Source: a virus
Taxonomy: Duplodnaviria; Caudoviricetes
Virus record (IMG/VR): IMGVR_UViG_3300025389_000011
DNA: 64,000 bases
Direction: 5' to 3' (one strand)
A program made the position numbers and the translations under genes. The notes under the pieces were generated by a model that searched no databases, was not told the DNA's origin, and worked only from the letters and a program-made list of their open reading frames with translations. Shown here piece after piece: positions 22,801-29,845 of this stretch (within the stretch, counting starts at the first letter, position 1; every line of letters begins with the position of its first letter).

Positions 22801-25800
22801 AGGTGCTGTTGCAACACGTTGACTGTCAAACATAAAACCAACACCTAACCCTGTGACATTTGTTAGTTGTGGATTTAATGATAAATTAATCAATACTCTA
22901 TTTGCATCAACAACACCAGCAACAATATAGTAATTGTTGATTTGTGTATTAAAATTAACGATTGCAAAAATTTGATTTTTTGTTAAGTTGTGTGGTTGTA
23001 CAAATGTAATCGTTACTGTACCATTTAAATTATTTTTAGCATTAACAATAGGACCTAAACTTGCAGGTGTAAATACGTCCCAATCACTTAAGTAATTTGC
23101 TATCCATGCATAGTCACCAACGTAAAAATTACTTAATGGTACTACTGTTCCAAAACTATTTTTAGCAGTAGCTAATCCTGAATAGTAATAGCTTGCCATT
23201 TTTACGTCATCAAAATTAACATAACCTGCAGTTGGGTATACTGTACTAGGTGTTGTTGTTGAAATTGTAGGTAGTATATTAGGCTGTGTAATTGTTTCTG
23301 AGTAGTTAACCAATTGATACAACGGAACTTCTTGTTGTACCCCGTCAGTATATACACCATTTGTTAACCCAACAATACTTGGGTTACCTGTTAATTGATT
23401 TTGTTGTAAAATAAATTCTACGTAATTGTTGTTTAATGTTCCACCAAATTGCCCTGACAATATGGCCCAATTTTCATAGATTGTGTAATCAATACCACCC
23501 TGTGGCAAATTAGCGCCCTTAAATGCGTTAAGAGCATTTATTGTACCCTTTTCTTTAATCATGTTTTTATAAACATTGATTTGTGTAATATCAGTTAAGT
23601 CAACTGTTGCTAGGTAATTTCTAGGACGATATCCAATCAAACTGTAACTTAATAAGTTAGCATCTTCATCTAAATTGTTTCTGTATGTGTCATAGTACAA
23701 GGTAGATTCATATGCACGTGTTTGTCCATTTGGTAATAAACCTTTTTGTACTTCATTATAGTTAGTAACTTTCCAACTCTTTTCTATAAACGTTGGATTT
23801 GGTTGAACAATATCTAGTGCAAACCAATATTTGTTTTTGTATGTAACAATACTACCAGCAGTATATTTGACAGTTGGGTCCCATGGTAAAATATTATCTT
23901 GATTTAATATAAATCCATTAGCATCTAATGTACCGTTCCAATCAGCAGTTTTTACACCACGCACATAAATTCTATTTTGACGTAAACCTGTAATCAAATT
24001 ATAAATGATGTCATTAAATTGTGTTACATTATCAAATACAATACCATGCTCAATGTTACTGATATTAAATTGTCCATAACTAATTGAGTCACCTTGATTT
24101 TGCGGAGCTACATTAAACAATGTACCATTACGGAATATTGACAAATCAATATTCTTTATTGGGTATAAGTTTTGATTCAATACAAAGTTTTGTTCTTGTA
24201 CCGATAATGGCTGTACTACATAACTATCTTTATCAATTGTTAATTGTGAGGCAGCAGGATTTAGTGTTGTTATAACTCCCAAGTCCCATCCCATTTGTGC
24301 CCAATATAAGAATTCAGCAATCATTTGATTCCATGTTACCGGGACGCCATTTTCTACTGATTCATAAATCATACCTTGTTCAATAAGATATGCACTATAA
24401 CCACTGATAAATGATGCTACTTCTTGTGCAGAATAAAATTCAGTACCATATGGAACTAACACCACATCATTGTAAAATTGTGAGTATACTTTTACTGACA
24501 AATTTTCTACTGTACTTACTGTATATTTTGAACTTGTATTTGGCAGGTAAACTCTGAAATATGCATCGTTTTGACTGTTTCCGTATACCTTATAACCGTT
24601 TTGAGTTATTTGCACAACTACGCCACTATAGACTAAAGTTGTGAAAGGTGTGTTCTCGTATAATAGTACAGAATAGTTTTCATTAGGAATTAATAATGAA
24701 CTGTTGTTACTGTTTGCAGAACTCTTTTCTAAATAGAAATTCAATAATGACTGGTCACTAAAGCCAGCTAGTCTATATACCAAACGAACATCTAAGTTAC
24801 TGAATAGGTTTGTAATCTGTGTTGTTGCATCTACACCTAATTGTTTTTCGTAATCAACAATCCAATTGATGTAACTAGTTGCAGGTGTGCCACTACCATA
24901 CACAGGTATGTTTTGTATATCTAAATGACTTCTATCATTGATTAAGAATTGATTAAACTCTGCATTGTATTTGTAATTGTCAACGTCAACACCCAAGTTA
25001 AAGAACTCTGCAGGTTTGAATAATGCATACAAGCGCATTAAATCAAATGGCCATGTGCTACTTCTGCGATAAGAAAATTCTGCAGGACCACTGTCACCTA
25101 CTACCCAGTCATTTTGGAAAGTAAAATGATTGTAATTACCCATAATAGAATCAAACGGTGATAACAAATTACCTTGACTATCTACTGGTAAAACACTTAA
25201 CAAACCATCACGAACATAAAGAGGATTAATAAATGGATTACCATTATTGTAATCTATACCTTGAGCCATGTCGTTCCATAACACCAAGTTATCACTTGTA
25301 TATGGTGCGGGACCATAACGGTCAGTCCACCAACCTGGCATTGTTGTGTAGCCTACCATTTCCCAAGGTGTTTCATTTGGAGTACTTGTATCATAGTAAT
25401 ACAAATATAAACCTCTAAAGTTACCTTGTTGGATAGGTTCTTGATTTATCTTATTTGCGCTGTTAGAATAATTATAACTAAACTGGTCTGATTTCAAATA
25501 GAATTGAGTTTTATAATTAATACGATTGATACCAACCCAGTTTAAGAAACCTTCACTATAGATTTCTAAAAATTCATCATATGAATATGGCAACGTTCTA
25601 AAGAAACCGGGAACTACTTCATATTGTGTAATTGGTATAACGTTGCTTAGTTTTAAGTTATTGTATACACGTGTTTCATACTCTAATAACGCTTGGTCTC
25701 TGAAATCATCTAATGCGCCTGTATCTGGATCGTAATTACCATATAGTTTATTATATGAACCATCATGTCCTACAATAAAATATGTTGGTTGAAAGTAATC

Positions 25801-28800
25801 TGAATCTAATGTTACGCTAGGAATTGTTGCAGGGTATAATCCTAACTTAGTTGGTGTGTTAGGTACATAGCTACCTGTTGTGTTATTATATTCATTAATT
25901 GTAATGGTATCGTTTTGTAACAAGTCATATGTTACCGTTAATGAAGGTGCGGTACTGCTGACAGTATAATCAACACCACGTATCAATTGAGTTTGAACAC
26001 CATTGCGTGTTAAGTATACCAATACGCTACTATAATTTGCTTTACTAAAATCATAAATTGTACTCAATGGATAGATACTAATATCTAATGAGTTTGCAAA
26101 AGTATATGTATTTGTAATATAAGGAGCATTACAAGGCAACATATCACTCCAAAAGAATGGTTGATCTGAAGAATGTGTTGCTGATATTTGCGTTATTGCA
26201 TCATCTAAAATTTGAGCAGGAGTTTGTATATAACTATAATTTGTATTATTAATTGTGTAAACTAACAAATCTTTAAATGTAATATATTCTCTACTATTAT
26301 ATTGTAATGAGTCAAATAAATTAGTATTTGGGTCACGTAAAAATGCACCAGGCAATACTAAACTTGCACTATTTTGAATAATAGCATTGCCCCATGGAAC
26401 TAAATTACCTAAATCACGGTAATTATTAGGTCCAAAGATTTGACCGCTAGTATTTGGATTATTGTAGAAAATACTTTGATATTGTCTACGAATATCACCA
26501 ACATTCGCTGTTGTAATATTGGTGTTGAAAGGATTGTTATTAATATTAATAGGTGTTTGGTAGTAAGCAGTTTCACTTACTTGGTCACTTAATATTAAAA
26601 CTTGTATTACACAATCAGTTACCGGAATATATGCTGAAGATATAATAATGCTTGTGGTATCAGAAGTTGTTGTTAATGTATAATTAGCAGGATCCAAATA
26701 TGTATTGTTTACATAAACTTGAACCTTAGGCCATTGAATATCAGATGTTGAACTTAATGGAGCAATGTCGCAATTAAATGCTGTGAGTCCACTTAGTGCA
26801 GGTACACTAAAATCAAAAATTTGATATTGAACGCTAGGACTTACTGCTGTTTGCCAACCTAATTGACGAATATATGTTGTACCGTCAATAGAGTAATTAT
26901 ATACATAACCAGTGTTAACATTTTCAGTTATAGGACTTAACCCACTTACATAGGTAAAAGTATCACTATTCAATGTTACATTGAAAGATATATCACCAAT
27001 GTTGTCTACACCAGAATATTGAATTGGGAAACCTAATACCGTGTCATTTGTTCCTGTACCAACACCATATTGAAATAGTGTGCTTCCCTTAAATGAGCTA
27101 CCTTGATAAACTGTTAAGTCACCAAAACTTATTCCATTGCTATCAAACACATCAAAATAAGGTGTTTGATTTACATTTATTTTTTGTTGGCATTCTATCC
27201 AAGCTGTACCATTGTAATAAAAATCTGTACCTTGATAATTATACCCACGATAAATTGTTGTTTGTTCATTTGGTAATACCAATCCGTCTTCTGCTTCTGT
27301 TAGTGTAATGATTGGTACACCATTGGTTACAGTTGTAGAAAATTGTGACACATAGATTTTGTTTCTTACATTTACATCGGTGTCATTTGCAAAAACAATT
27401 CTTGCACCATCGAACAATGCGTAATTGCTTAGTTGAGTATATGCTGTAACTAAACTAGCTACCGTTGTTCCTTGAACAGTTGATTGATTATACCAACTTA
27501 CTGTAATGATAGTATTGGTATCAACTTTTTCAATATTTGTAATTTGCGTAATTGCAGGTAATACCAATGTTGAATCTGTAATATATTGTCCAATTCCAAA
27601 TGTACCTGACAGATCGGCAGTTGGGATAGTAATCAATGTACTGTATGGATATATTGATGCACTTAATGTACCAGTAGCTGTAGTTAATGTTAAGTTTGTA
27701 CCTTGTTTTTGCGTTGAAATTGTAATATTAGTACCAATGATTGATGTAATATAATATGTAACACCTGTGCTTATTCCACCAAAAGTTGTACCACTAAAAG
27801 TGATTGTGTCATTTACAAACAATCCATTGGTATCACTCAATGTAATTTGATTTATTAATGCAGTTGTATGTGTCGCAGTTTTAGTTGAAGGACCTGTTAC
27901 TGCTTGAATCGTTGCATTATATGTTGTGTATCCTGCTACATCAGGATAGTAATTTGTTTGCCCAGCCACTTGAGTAAACGCATTTGTTGTTCTAAAATCT
28001 ATAAAGTCAATAGGTGATTTACCAATTGTACCTGAATCAAACAATTGTAAGTTTGGATAAAACTCAATGATAGGTCTTATTGCTTTGGCAGCCTGTGTTG
28101 CATATGTAGAAATAATAGTTGGATCATTGTTATATTTTGCAGTTGCAGTAATAACGTCTGTGTGGAACCAACGATTGCTACGTGACCAGGCATTTCTATT
28201 AATAGAATTTCTAGCAATTGTTATATAATCTTGCAGTAGTGGCAAGTATAATGTAATATCATAGTTACCAATATCATATGGTAATGTATCATATGGAATA
28301 TATTGTCCTTCTGAAAATAAGCCCGGGCTTATTAATTCAGTAGTAGGAATTAATTCAATAGCGGTACCAACACCCTGTACATAGTATTCTCCACTTGCAT
28401 AACTTGTTGGGAAAATATCACCCTGAAATGTTACCTTTAAACCATTTGTAAAAACAATTCCTGTAGTCGATGTATATTGAGTTTTACCTAATATTTCTGT
28501 ATCAACGTTTAGTGTATTATTATTGTTGTTTTCAACTAATTTAATAATGCCCACTTTACTTGGAGTAGTGCCATCTTGATAATATAATGTATCTAATATT
28601 GCACTATTATACGGTATTTCTTCTATAGTACCATTTGTATTTCTAAAGAATTTAAGGTTAATATATTCATTACCATATGTTGCAGTAATGTTTTCATTTG
28701 TTGGAATAAAACCAGATGGCGTTAATTGGATTTGTGGATTTGAAGGATCTCCGATTAAACTTATTGTGTAAAATGTAGCATTTACTTGTGTATAATAACC

Positions 28801-29826
28801 ACCTTCAAAATTATCATTGTCTAAAGGTGTACCAGGGAACACATAAGGATTTGGATTACCACCATCTTGGTCGTATGTAGTTTGTGCATAAAATTGATTT
28901 ACATAACCATATTCATCTTCAACGCCAGTATTATAAAACATTACTGTTAAACCATTTAATGCAGTAACACTATCAATGCCACCTAAGGCGTTTACAAATG
29001 CACCATTAACTTGACTAAAAGGAACATTACAAACAACATCTACTAAATTGTTTCCCGGGAATATATATTGGTCTAAGGCATTGGCTTCTGGTACTTGGAA
29101 TGTGATTACTCCATAATCAGCACCATTGTTTGATACTCCATATACATCACGTGTTTGTACATTTGGTTGAGTTGGACTATAACCAGTAATGCCTGGTTGA
29201 CCCTGTATCCAAAATTGACTATTTTGATTTACTGTAAATGTATATGTTCCTCCACGCAATAATGTTAGTGTTGGATTTACAGCCCCGGCAGGGTCTATAT
29301 TTGAAGTAATCAAATATGATTCAGATTGACTTTGTACTAAAAAGTTTACAGAATTATATATAACACTTGTAGAAATAGTAACAGCAGGCGGACCTGATGG
29401 CAACCAATAATATTGATTGTAATTAATAATTTTATCTAAATCAACAAAAGGATCCCATGAATAAAATTGACTGTTAAACAATCTACTGTTATTATCTGTA
29501 ATGCCACCTTGTAATTTTAATGCATCTAAAATACCAGGATAACTAATAAAATCTTGTGCTACAGTTGCACCGCTAGATGGATCAACCCCAGTGAAAACAA
29601 CACCTGGTTCTAATTGATAATCTGTTCTAGTTTTAGTTGGTTCAGTTACATAATAGTTATTTGGATTTACACCATATCCAAACTTACTACCAATATAACC
29701 TTGTATCTTTTGCGTGTTAGGCTGTGATGTGATTTGGTCTAATGTCGCACCTAAAAACTGTGTGTTTGTAGGTGTTTGGAATATTTCTGGAAGAAAATTA
29801 ATTGTTCTAACTCTTGTAGTTGCCAT
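10813..29826 (-). CDS. Giant (6337-aa) baseplate wedge/fibre protein, gp7-like position
   Basis: A single open 19-kb frame directly downstream of the gp6-like gene. It has FG-GAP-like repeats (FGSAVA, FGYSIA, FGTSIA), BNR/WD-like propeller repeats (VAVG...G.I) and about 14 copies of a P(I/V)xF...FGGI...YYV module. Confidence 0.8.
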   Translation of the reverse strand: MATTRVRTINFLPEIFQTPTNTQFLGATLDQITSQPNTQKIQGYIGSKFGYGVNPNNYYVTEPTKTRTDYQLEPGVVFTGVDPSSGATVAQDFISYPGILDALKLQGGITDNNSRLFNSQFYSWDPFVDLDKIINYNQYYWLPSGPPAVTISTSVIYNSVNFLVQSQSESYLITSNIDPAGAVNPTLTLLRGGTYTFTVNQNSQFWIQGQPGITGYSPTQPNVQTRDVYGVSNNGADYGVITFQVPEANALDQYIFPGNNLVDVVCNVPFSQVNGAFVNALGGIDSVTALNGLTVMFYNTGVEDEYGYVNQFYAQTTYDQDGGNPNPYVFPGTPLDNDNFEGGYYTQVNATFYTISLIGDPSNPQIQLTPSGFIPTNENITATYGNEYINLKFFRNTNGTIEEIPYNSAILDTLYYQDGTTPSKVGIIKLVENNNNNTLNVDTEILGKTQYTSTTGIVFTNGLKVTFQGDIFPTSYASGEYYVQGVGTAIELIPTTELISPGLFSEGQYIPYDTLPYDIGNYDITLYLPLLQDYITIARNSINRNAWSRSNRWFHTDVITATAKYNNDPTIISTYATQAAKAIRPIIEFYPNLQLFDSGTIGKSPIDFIDFRTTNAFTQVAGQTNYYPDVAGYTTYNATIQAVTGPSTKTATHTTALINQITLSDTNGLFVNDTITFSGTTFGGISTGVTYYITSIIGTNITISTQKQGTNLTLTTATGTLSASIYPYSTLITIPTADLSGTFGIGQYITDSTLVLPAITQITNIEKVDTNTIITVSWYNQSTVQGTTVASLVTAYTQLSNYALFDGARIVFANDTDVNVRNKIYVSQFSTTVTNGVPIITLTEAEDGLVLPNEQTTIYRGYNYQGTDFYYNGTAWIECQQKINVNQTPYFDVFDSNGISFGDLTVYQGSSFKGSTLFQYGVGTGTNDTVLGFPIQYSGVDNIGDISFNVTLNSDTFTYVSGLSPITENVNTGYVYNYSIDGTTYIRQLGWQTAVSPSVQYQIFDFSVPALSGLTAFNCDIAPLSSTSDIQWPKVQVYVNNTYLDPANYTLTTTSDTTSIIISSAYIPVTDCVIQVLILSDQVSETAYYQTPININNNPFNTNITTANVGDIRRQYQSIFYNNPNTSGQIFGPNNYRDLGNLVPWGNAIIQNSASLVLPGAFLRDPNTNLFDSLQYNSREYITFKDLLVYTINNTNYSYIQTPAQILDDAITQISATHSSDQPFFWSDMLPCNAPYITNTYTFANSLDISIYPLSTIYDFSKANYSSVLVYLTRNGVQTQLIRGVDYTVSSTAPSLTVTYDLLQNDTITINEYNNTTGSYVPNTPTKLGLYPATIPSVTLDSDYFQPTYFIVGHDGSYNKLYGNYDPDTGALDDFRDQALLEYETRVYNNLKLSNVIPITQYEVVPGFFRTLPYSYDEFLEIYSEGFLNWVGINRINYKTQFYLKSDQFSYNYSNSANKINQEPIQQGNFRGLYLYYYDTSTPNETPWEMVGYTTMPGWWTDRYGPAPYTSDNLVLWNDMAQGIDYNNGNPFINPLYVRDGLLSVLPVDSQGNLLSPFDSIMGNYNHFTFQNDWVVGDSGPAEFSYRRSSTWPFDLMRLYALFKPAEFFNLGVDVDNYKYNAEFNQFLINDRSHLDIQNIPVYGSGTPATSYINWIVDYEKQLGVDATTQITNLFSNLDVRLVYRLAGFSDQSLLNFYLEKSSANSNNSSLLIPNENYSVLLYENTPFTTLVYSGVVVQITQNGYKVYGNSQNDAYFRVYLPNTSSKYTVSTVENLSVKVYSQFYNDVVLVPYGTEFYSAQEVASFISGYSAYLIEQGMIYESVENGVPVTWNQMIAEFLYWAQMGWDLGVITTLNPAASQLTIDKDSYVVQPLSVQEQNFVLNQNLYPIKNIDLSIFRNGTLFNVAPQNQGDSISYGQFNISNIEHGIVFDNVTQFNDIIYNLITGLRQNRIYVRGVKTADWNGTLDANGFILNQDNILPWDPTVKYTAGSIVTYKNKYWFALDIVQPNPTFIEKSWKVTNYNEVQKGLLPNGQTRAYESTLYYDTYRNNLDEDANLLSYSLIGYRPRNYLATVDLTDITQINVYKNMIKEKGTINALNAFKGANLPQGGIDYTIYENWAILSGQFGGTLNNNYVEFILQQNQLTGNPSIVGLTNGVYTDGVQQEVPLYQLVNYSETITQPNILPTISTTTPSTVYPTAGYVNFDDVKMASYYYSGLATAKNSFGTVVPLSNFYVGDYAWIANYLSDWDVFTPASLGPIVNAKNNLNGTVTITFVQPHNLTKNQIFAIVNFNTQINNYYIVAGVVDANRVLINLSLNPQLTNVTGLGVGFMFDSQRVATAPEIAELPSLLNNEFNQLLVWTDANTNGGWAVYQKSLNYTYDAEILLPASETFGSAVAYAYNLGYMIADAGAGKVYRYQYNSVYQAYEITQTLTQNTSFGTTIAYTGNTFIISEPTGNVYVYELIQTALVNSLELQQTIPAPAGGSIWGKGLAISGDANWLYISDTANNNVYVYRKSAITYLYELMETLSVAGINSNAEFGYSIATDYYGDTVTIGAPYTNYDANTASYGYAFLFNRTVQMFEATNPSQLFVPQPFTLAWTPTTTTVTASSYSGNALVLNTVVGVYVNLPFIITGTPFGGLAVNTVYYVKSISGNNITVSLTRGGPAFTLAGATTGSMNLVIQNSPLYVTVNGTLIPDSMYAVLGSTFNIYSNSTPTLNYGDLINISSINFVLAQTFTDEMTPRVGVEFGTSIATNNFANEILIGAPFELSPENHEGAVHRFTNSGEKYGMIVGAYATNVTQNHTILLNGYAVNLKPGNATVISQLINNAKITNITSTAVDGILMIQLIDVSLGVSNNKLSLTVLDSTVLAELGIELYTETQVIQCPHTAGATQFGTVVKFNEFGTSIVVSAPAGTRYSATTFDATPQNNVDLDTIFDNNATQFIDTFNNAGAVYMFDYLGAYNESITAPGLFAYAQSTNALNIDYGSQPLYGTALDYNNNVVTIGTPKFSPTTYANDTNGQVVTYVNSSTSNDWAVYRTSCPVVDVNNIGPILIYSAKTNNTLINLDYFDPLQGKLLGAVRENIDIISNVDPATYNSVGTTVGGKVWGAENLGKLWFDTSNVRFLNYHQNDVVYNSQYWGAVFPGSDVAIYSWVASNVPPNQYSGPGTAYSIDSFVVTPIINEQGAIVPIYYFWARNTNIVNQEQGKTLADSTLQSYIAQPQASGISYFSPLLQNVFALYNCSDYINNTDSVLHIGYSSGGGNDVAHTQYTLIQDGNKDSFLPGLPSTSVYNLRGSVTSTQPTGLYARMLDSLSGTNVTGAVVPDPRLPPPVRTGVLTRPRQSFFYDRLGALDNYITGANALLIQYPFNEIANSVFLYEVGPINPSTGLPFYNVANYVNSVNWWAPGYNDNTRASVQVPIYADLSTLNVPVGTIASVLKNGNGFQETYVLDATLGWVRIGLQYGTVQISSAIYDYANNAIGFGNNYFDTAPYDTYPSEETRYIIRSLNEELPDNLLVERNVGLILLFNYIQAETVQNQNFLPWLNKTSLVDVTHTVRELLPLEVFQSDNEIFLEGYLNEVKPYHVLIKDFLFAYTGTDVFEGDITDFDLPAQWNSSVQQFITPELVYNNASGDNQYLPTDSIWQETSYNQWFNNYGLSIVGQDNYLISTLQSYMAVNTTSCYVDNVTGFPVNGTITIDNEQIGYSDLNIATNQLLGLSRGLNNSGASQHLPGSKIYINLPAVLVLNSGRGYSNPPQIRAYIDTSIYPAPRVPASFTAIMNLDRVIGVTVNNPGEGYAILPSISIDPALVVSVNSSQVNTTNNTIDLQSPLLQSGDLIIYEPETGSEPIEGLIPSERYYVNVLESYPNITFALYESYLNCVNDNNRVKLNSQGTGYQNFSVGAVASCVTSAIPVRENNITLKFDRTTYNSQVIDWQPGGYYGAFYAGSYSNSELVSSSSILLDNAQPNIANILASAQGAPFEILAVENQQTLVWSSLSRNTVQTYGSGSSYPNTIRITASTGGNPVTPTLGATLGFYVGMPIQFIGEAVGNLSNYTTYYVKSLVQLPNLTTGVLEATGFTVSTSIDGNGNPGSTFALTSATVPTAGLLAYPGEVTNQAILTINYDGIRNTTATTAGTNYVTVELTPTGQNGTTNFYVGLPIFFTGDVFGGIVANEIYYVTTVVDPQTFTMSTSADPLMVNVTATSSSNNAITCDSTLGLSVNTPIIFTGTAVGNLQTGITYYVSQLFSGTKNTQFSVSLSINGPVVTLTTATAPLDPVFGTSLLTFTSQANTLKLTNGTGSMTLNVNLSINPGQIQGQQFTAYNTSGVYTGVNGTLNTSSLLNINLTATLATVNRVCLSQTGPGITNIYTNMQFNVSGNIGGLTTGTEYTVVNTGVTSVQVLSTSSTGNWLTVNGTNSTDVLYVGMPIYFSGTSLGNVLLNVIYYVHSIDNSPPSGEGRFTIATSVGSSLPLSVSNDTGSMTGTGDPYVVLSNTLTNATTNTISLTQYINPSNYASFDVSYILGGYNVAFSSAGVGYAINNTIVIPGTSVGGTTPANDLTLTVSAINSTGGITGTIATGVTPGLDNKYYVDVVDVNQIALYSDPNLKVSVSGQNLPYKGITSTTATQTATTGNVITVVSNTEFNINDPVVFTGTVFGGITIGQTYYILTKPTSTTITISTSIGGSAFTITTNATGSMTMAKSGDYLLLPEPFYFNSSIVKYNNNVYQCIVSNNDADFIFGKWELLTSGSSKLNALDRIIGYYQPTVDMPGVDLTQLVTGITYPNSTYLGNAFAPADNYPLDTILQDQPFYPTGINLSAVLYNNHAYIATSDSGNNSSINASVDGVTWSSLQLANTPIGLYDIIYVDGEYVLTGNNSATPILISIDGTTFSTPSTVVPSTGLSSIAYANGLYVAVGKNIVTATDINDWKQRYEFTGTLENNLTGVTYANTAGFTGFIAVGSGQVSTNLVINNVAIIFSSRDGISWSPLTFTTQYGLNSVASNIDTIVAVGQGGSIYTTFNTYTWFVQTSGTTENLNKIIWDNINNRFVAVGDNGAIVYGTVDGTTWTTQTSGTTQNLRSVTYNSDTNEYLVVGDNNTVLQGNTSGWTIGSIFRNPPTVYDVQGDSFTSGYGPEELVPGVVSDTLTMTVATRPGTNWDATVYQNLGYGTKSIEIQATSGTQTEYSFASIATTPSELAVYVTSYTTGLSTRVYEENGFYTVDWVNQLIILTNSLSFTSPGNADSLRIDLYETGNGDQLVKSSTSNNPIRTNETTGFQEIYLNANYSASIYQGSGVIRPGSQPYIATATHTDSTTNQITLDTVANIALNNVITFEGTVFGGVAIETPYYVKTIDDISNRITISTSINLSTGTAGVTFDLTTASGSMKAISQNGDGVVWTPPAVYHNGNLLVLGESGIVTNTLSFDNLIIVNSTYNFVPNMPITFGPGIFGGITPYITYYVKQILGYDRITISETAGGPVFVVSTESGVATYISNDFALGIADNGINAKIILAQTYNTAVDYISYTVLGQTSPIQYGYTIPQTQVFFGNASKSTFNLVNYCGGDNPNNAIVEINGLRQTIGLYSINSSTNTILFYTPPLLNSTVAVTTYNLTDRQYLNTQYGITGSPGSVFVEVVVGATVNTLATYDENSPNTYTYDENNPQIVTYDEQFNYLHLSTGTTADLTVNSPIVFSSPTFGGIIAGQVYYILQILNSTDFTISTQVGGAVFPVTSDTGTMNGSLNGLTVANIVNIDNAITPASSTVLVSQTISGTNAIVYNATHPVVPGQFIIFKAQTPGTYGGISTTGEYYIVGTIIDDTSFTITDQYGTTIQLTDYSTGTIVGYAGGQPAIRVTTGIDHNLAENSLIRIDGTVGSVQLNNNVFYAKIVTSKIIDLYLQAYTPTLNAPNFPVTNCSTYIGDGYVWLDRVFTLSNTNTTATNSTGNRITVVSTQGLIPNTPVYFTTVNSTFGDNILGGIQADVEYYVYEVSPITTAGNFIIGNQYTIVTLGTTNFTAVGASSNTIGVTFIATGYGSGTGTATADQEFTISTKQYPNQSEFVLTTDTGKVFVSQFVQINVDRLWVTINGYRVPSSKLILNPYNDLSILTTIQTGDEVIITSMMPSATPNEEVYLLNVSASNQGNVFRTNGNNRTWLTQPLQYTDSIIHFNDVKKITNSIVQNATCPAAATDGDYYIGLSANKNDICYIYVYNNTTGVELNQTSYKTVIVDTAPILQINSQVSIGDSLTITVGIGRLVFINGEQIGFEYCDLNTNTVTGLSRGTNGTGEQNYIPVYTPVYGINTTNMMTDVLYHETWNPIPGYYDTVNGDPLQIAYTQGADFLRGGIN

Positions 29827-29845
29827 ATTTTTTATAATTCTTTAA

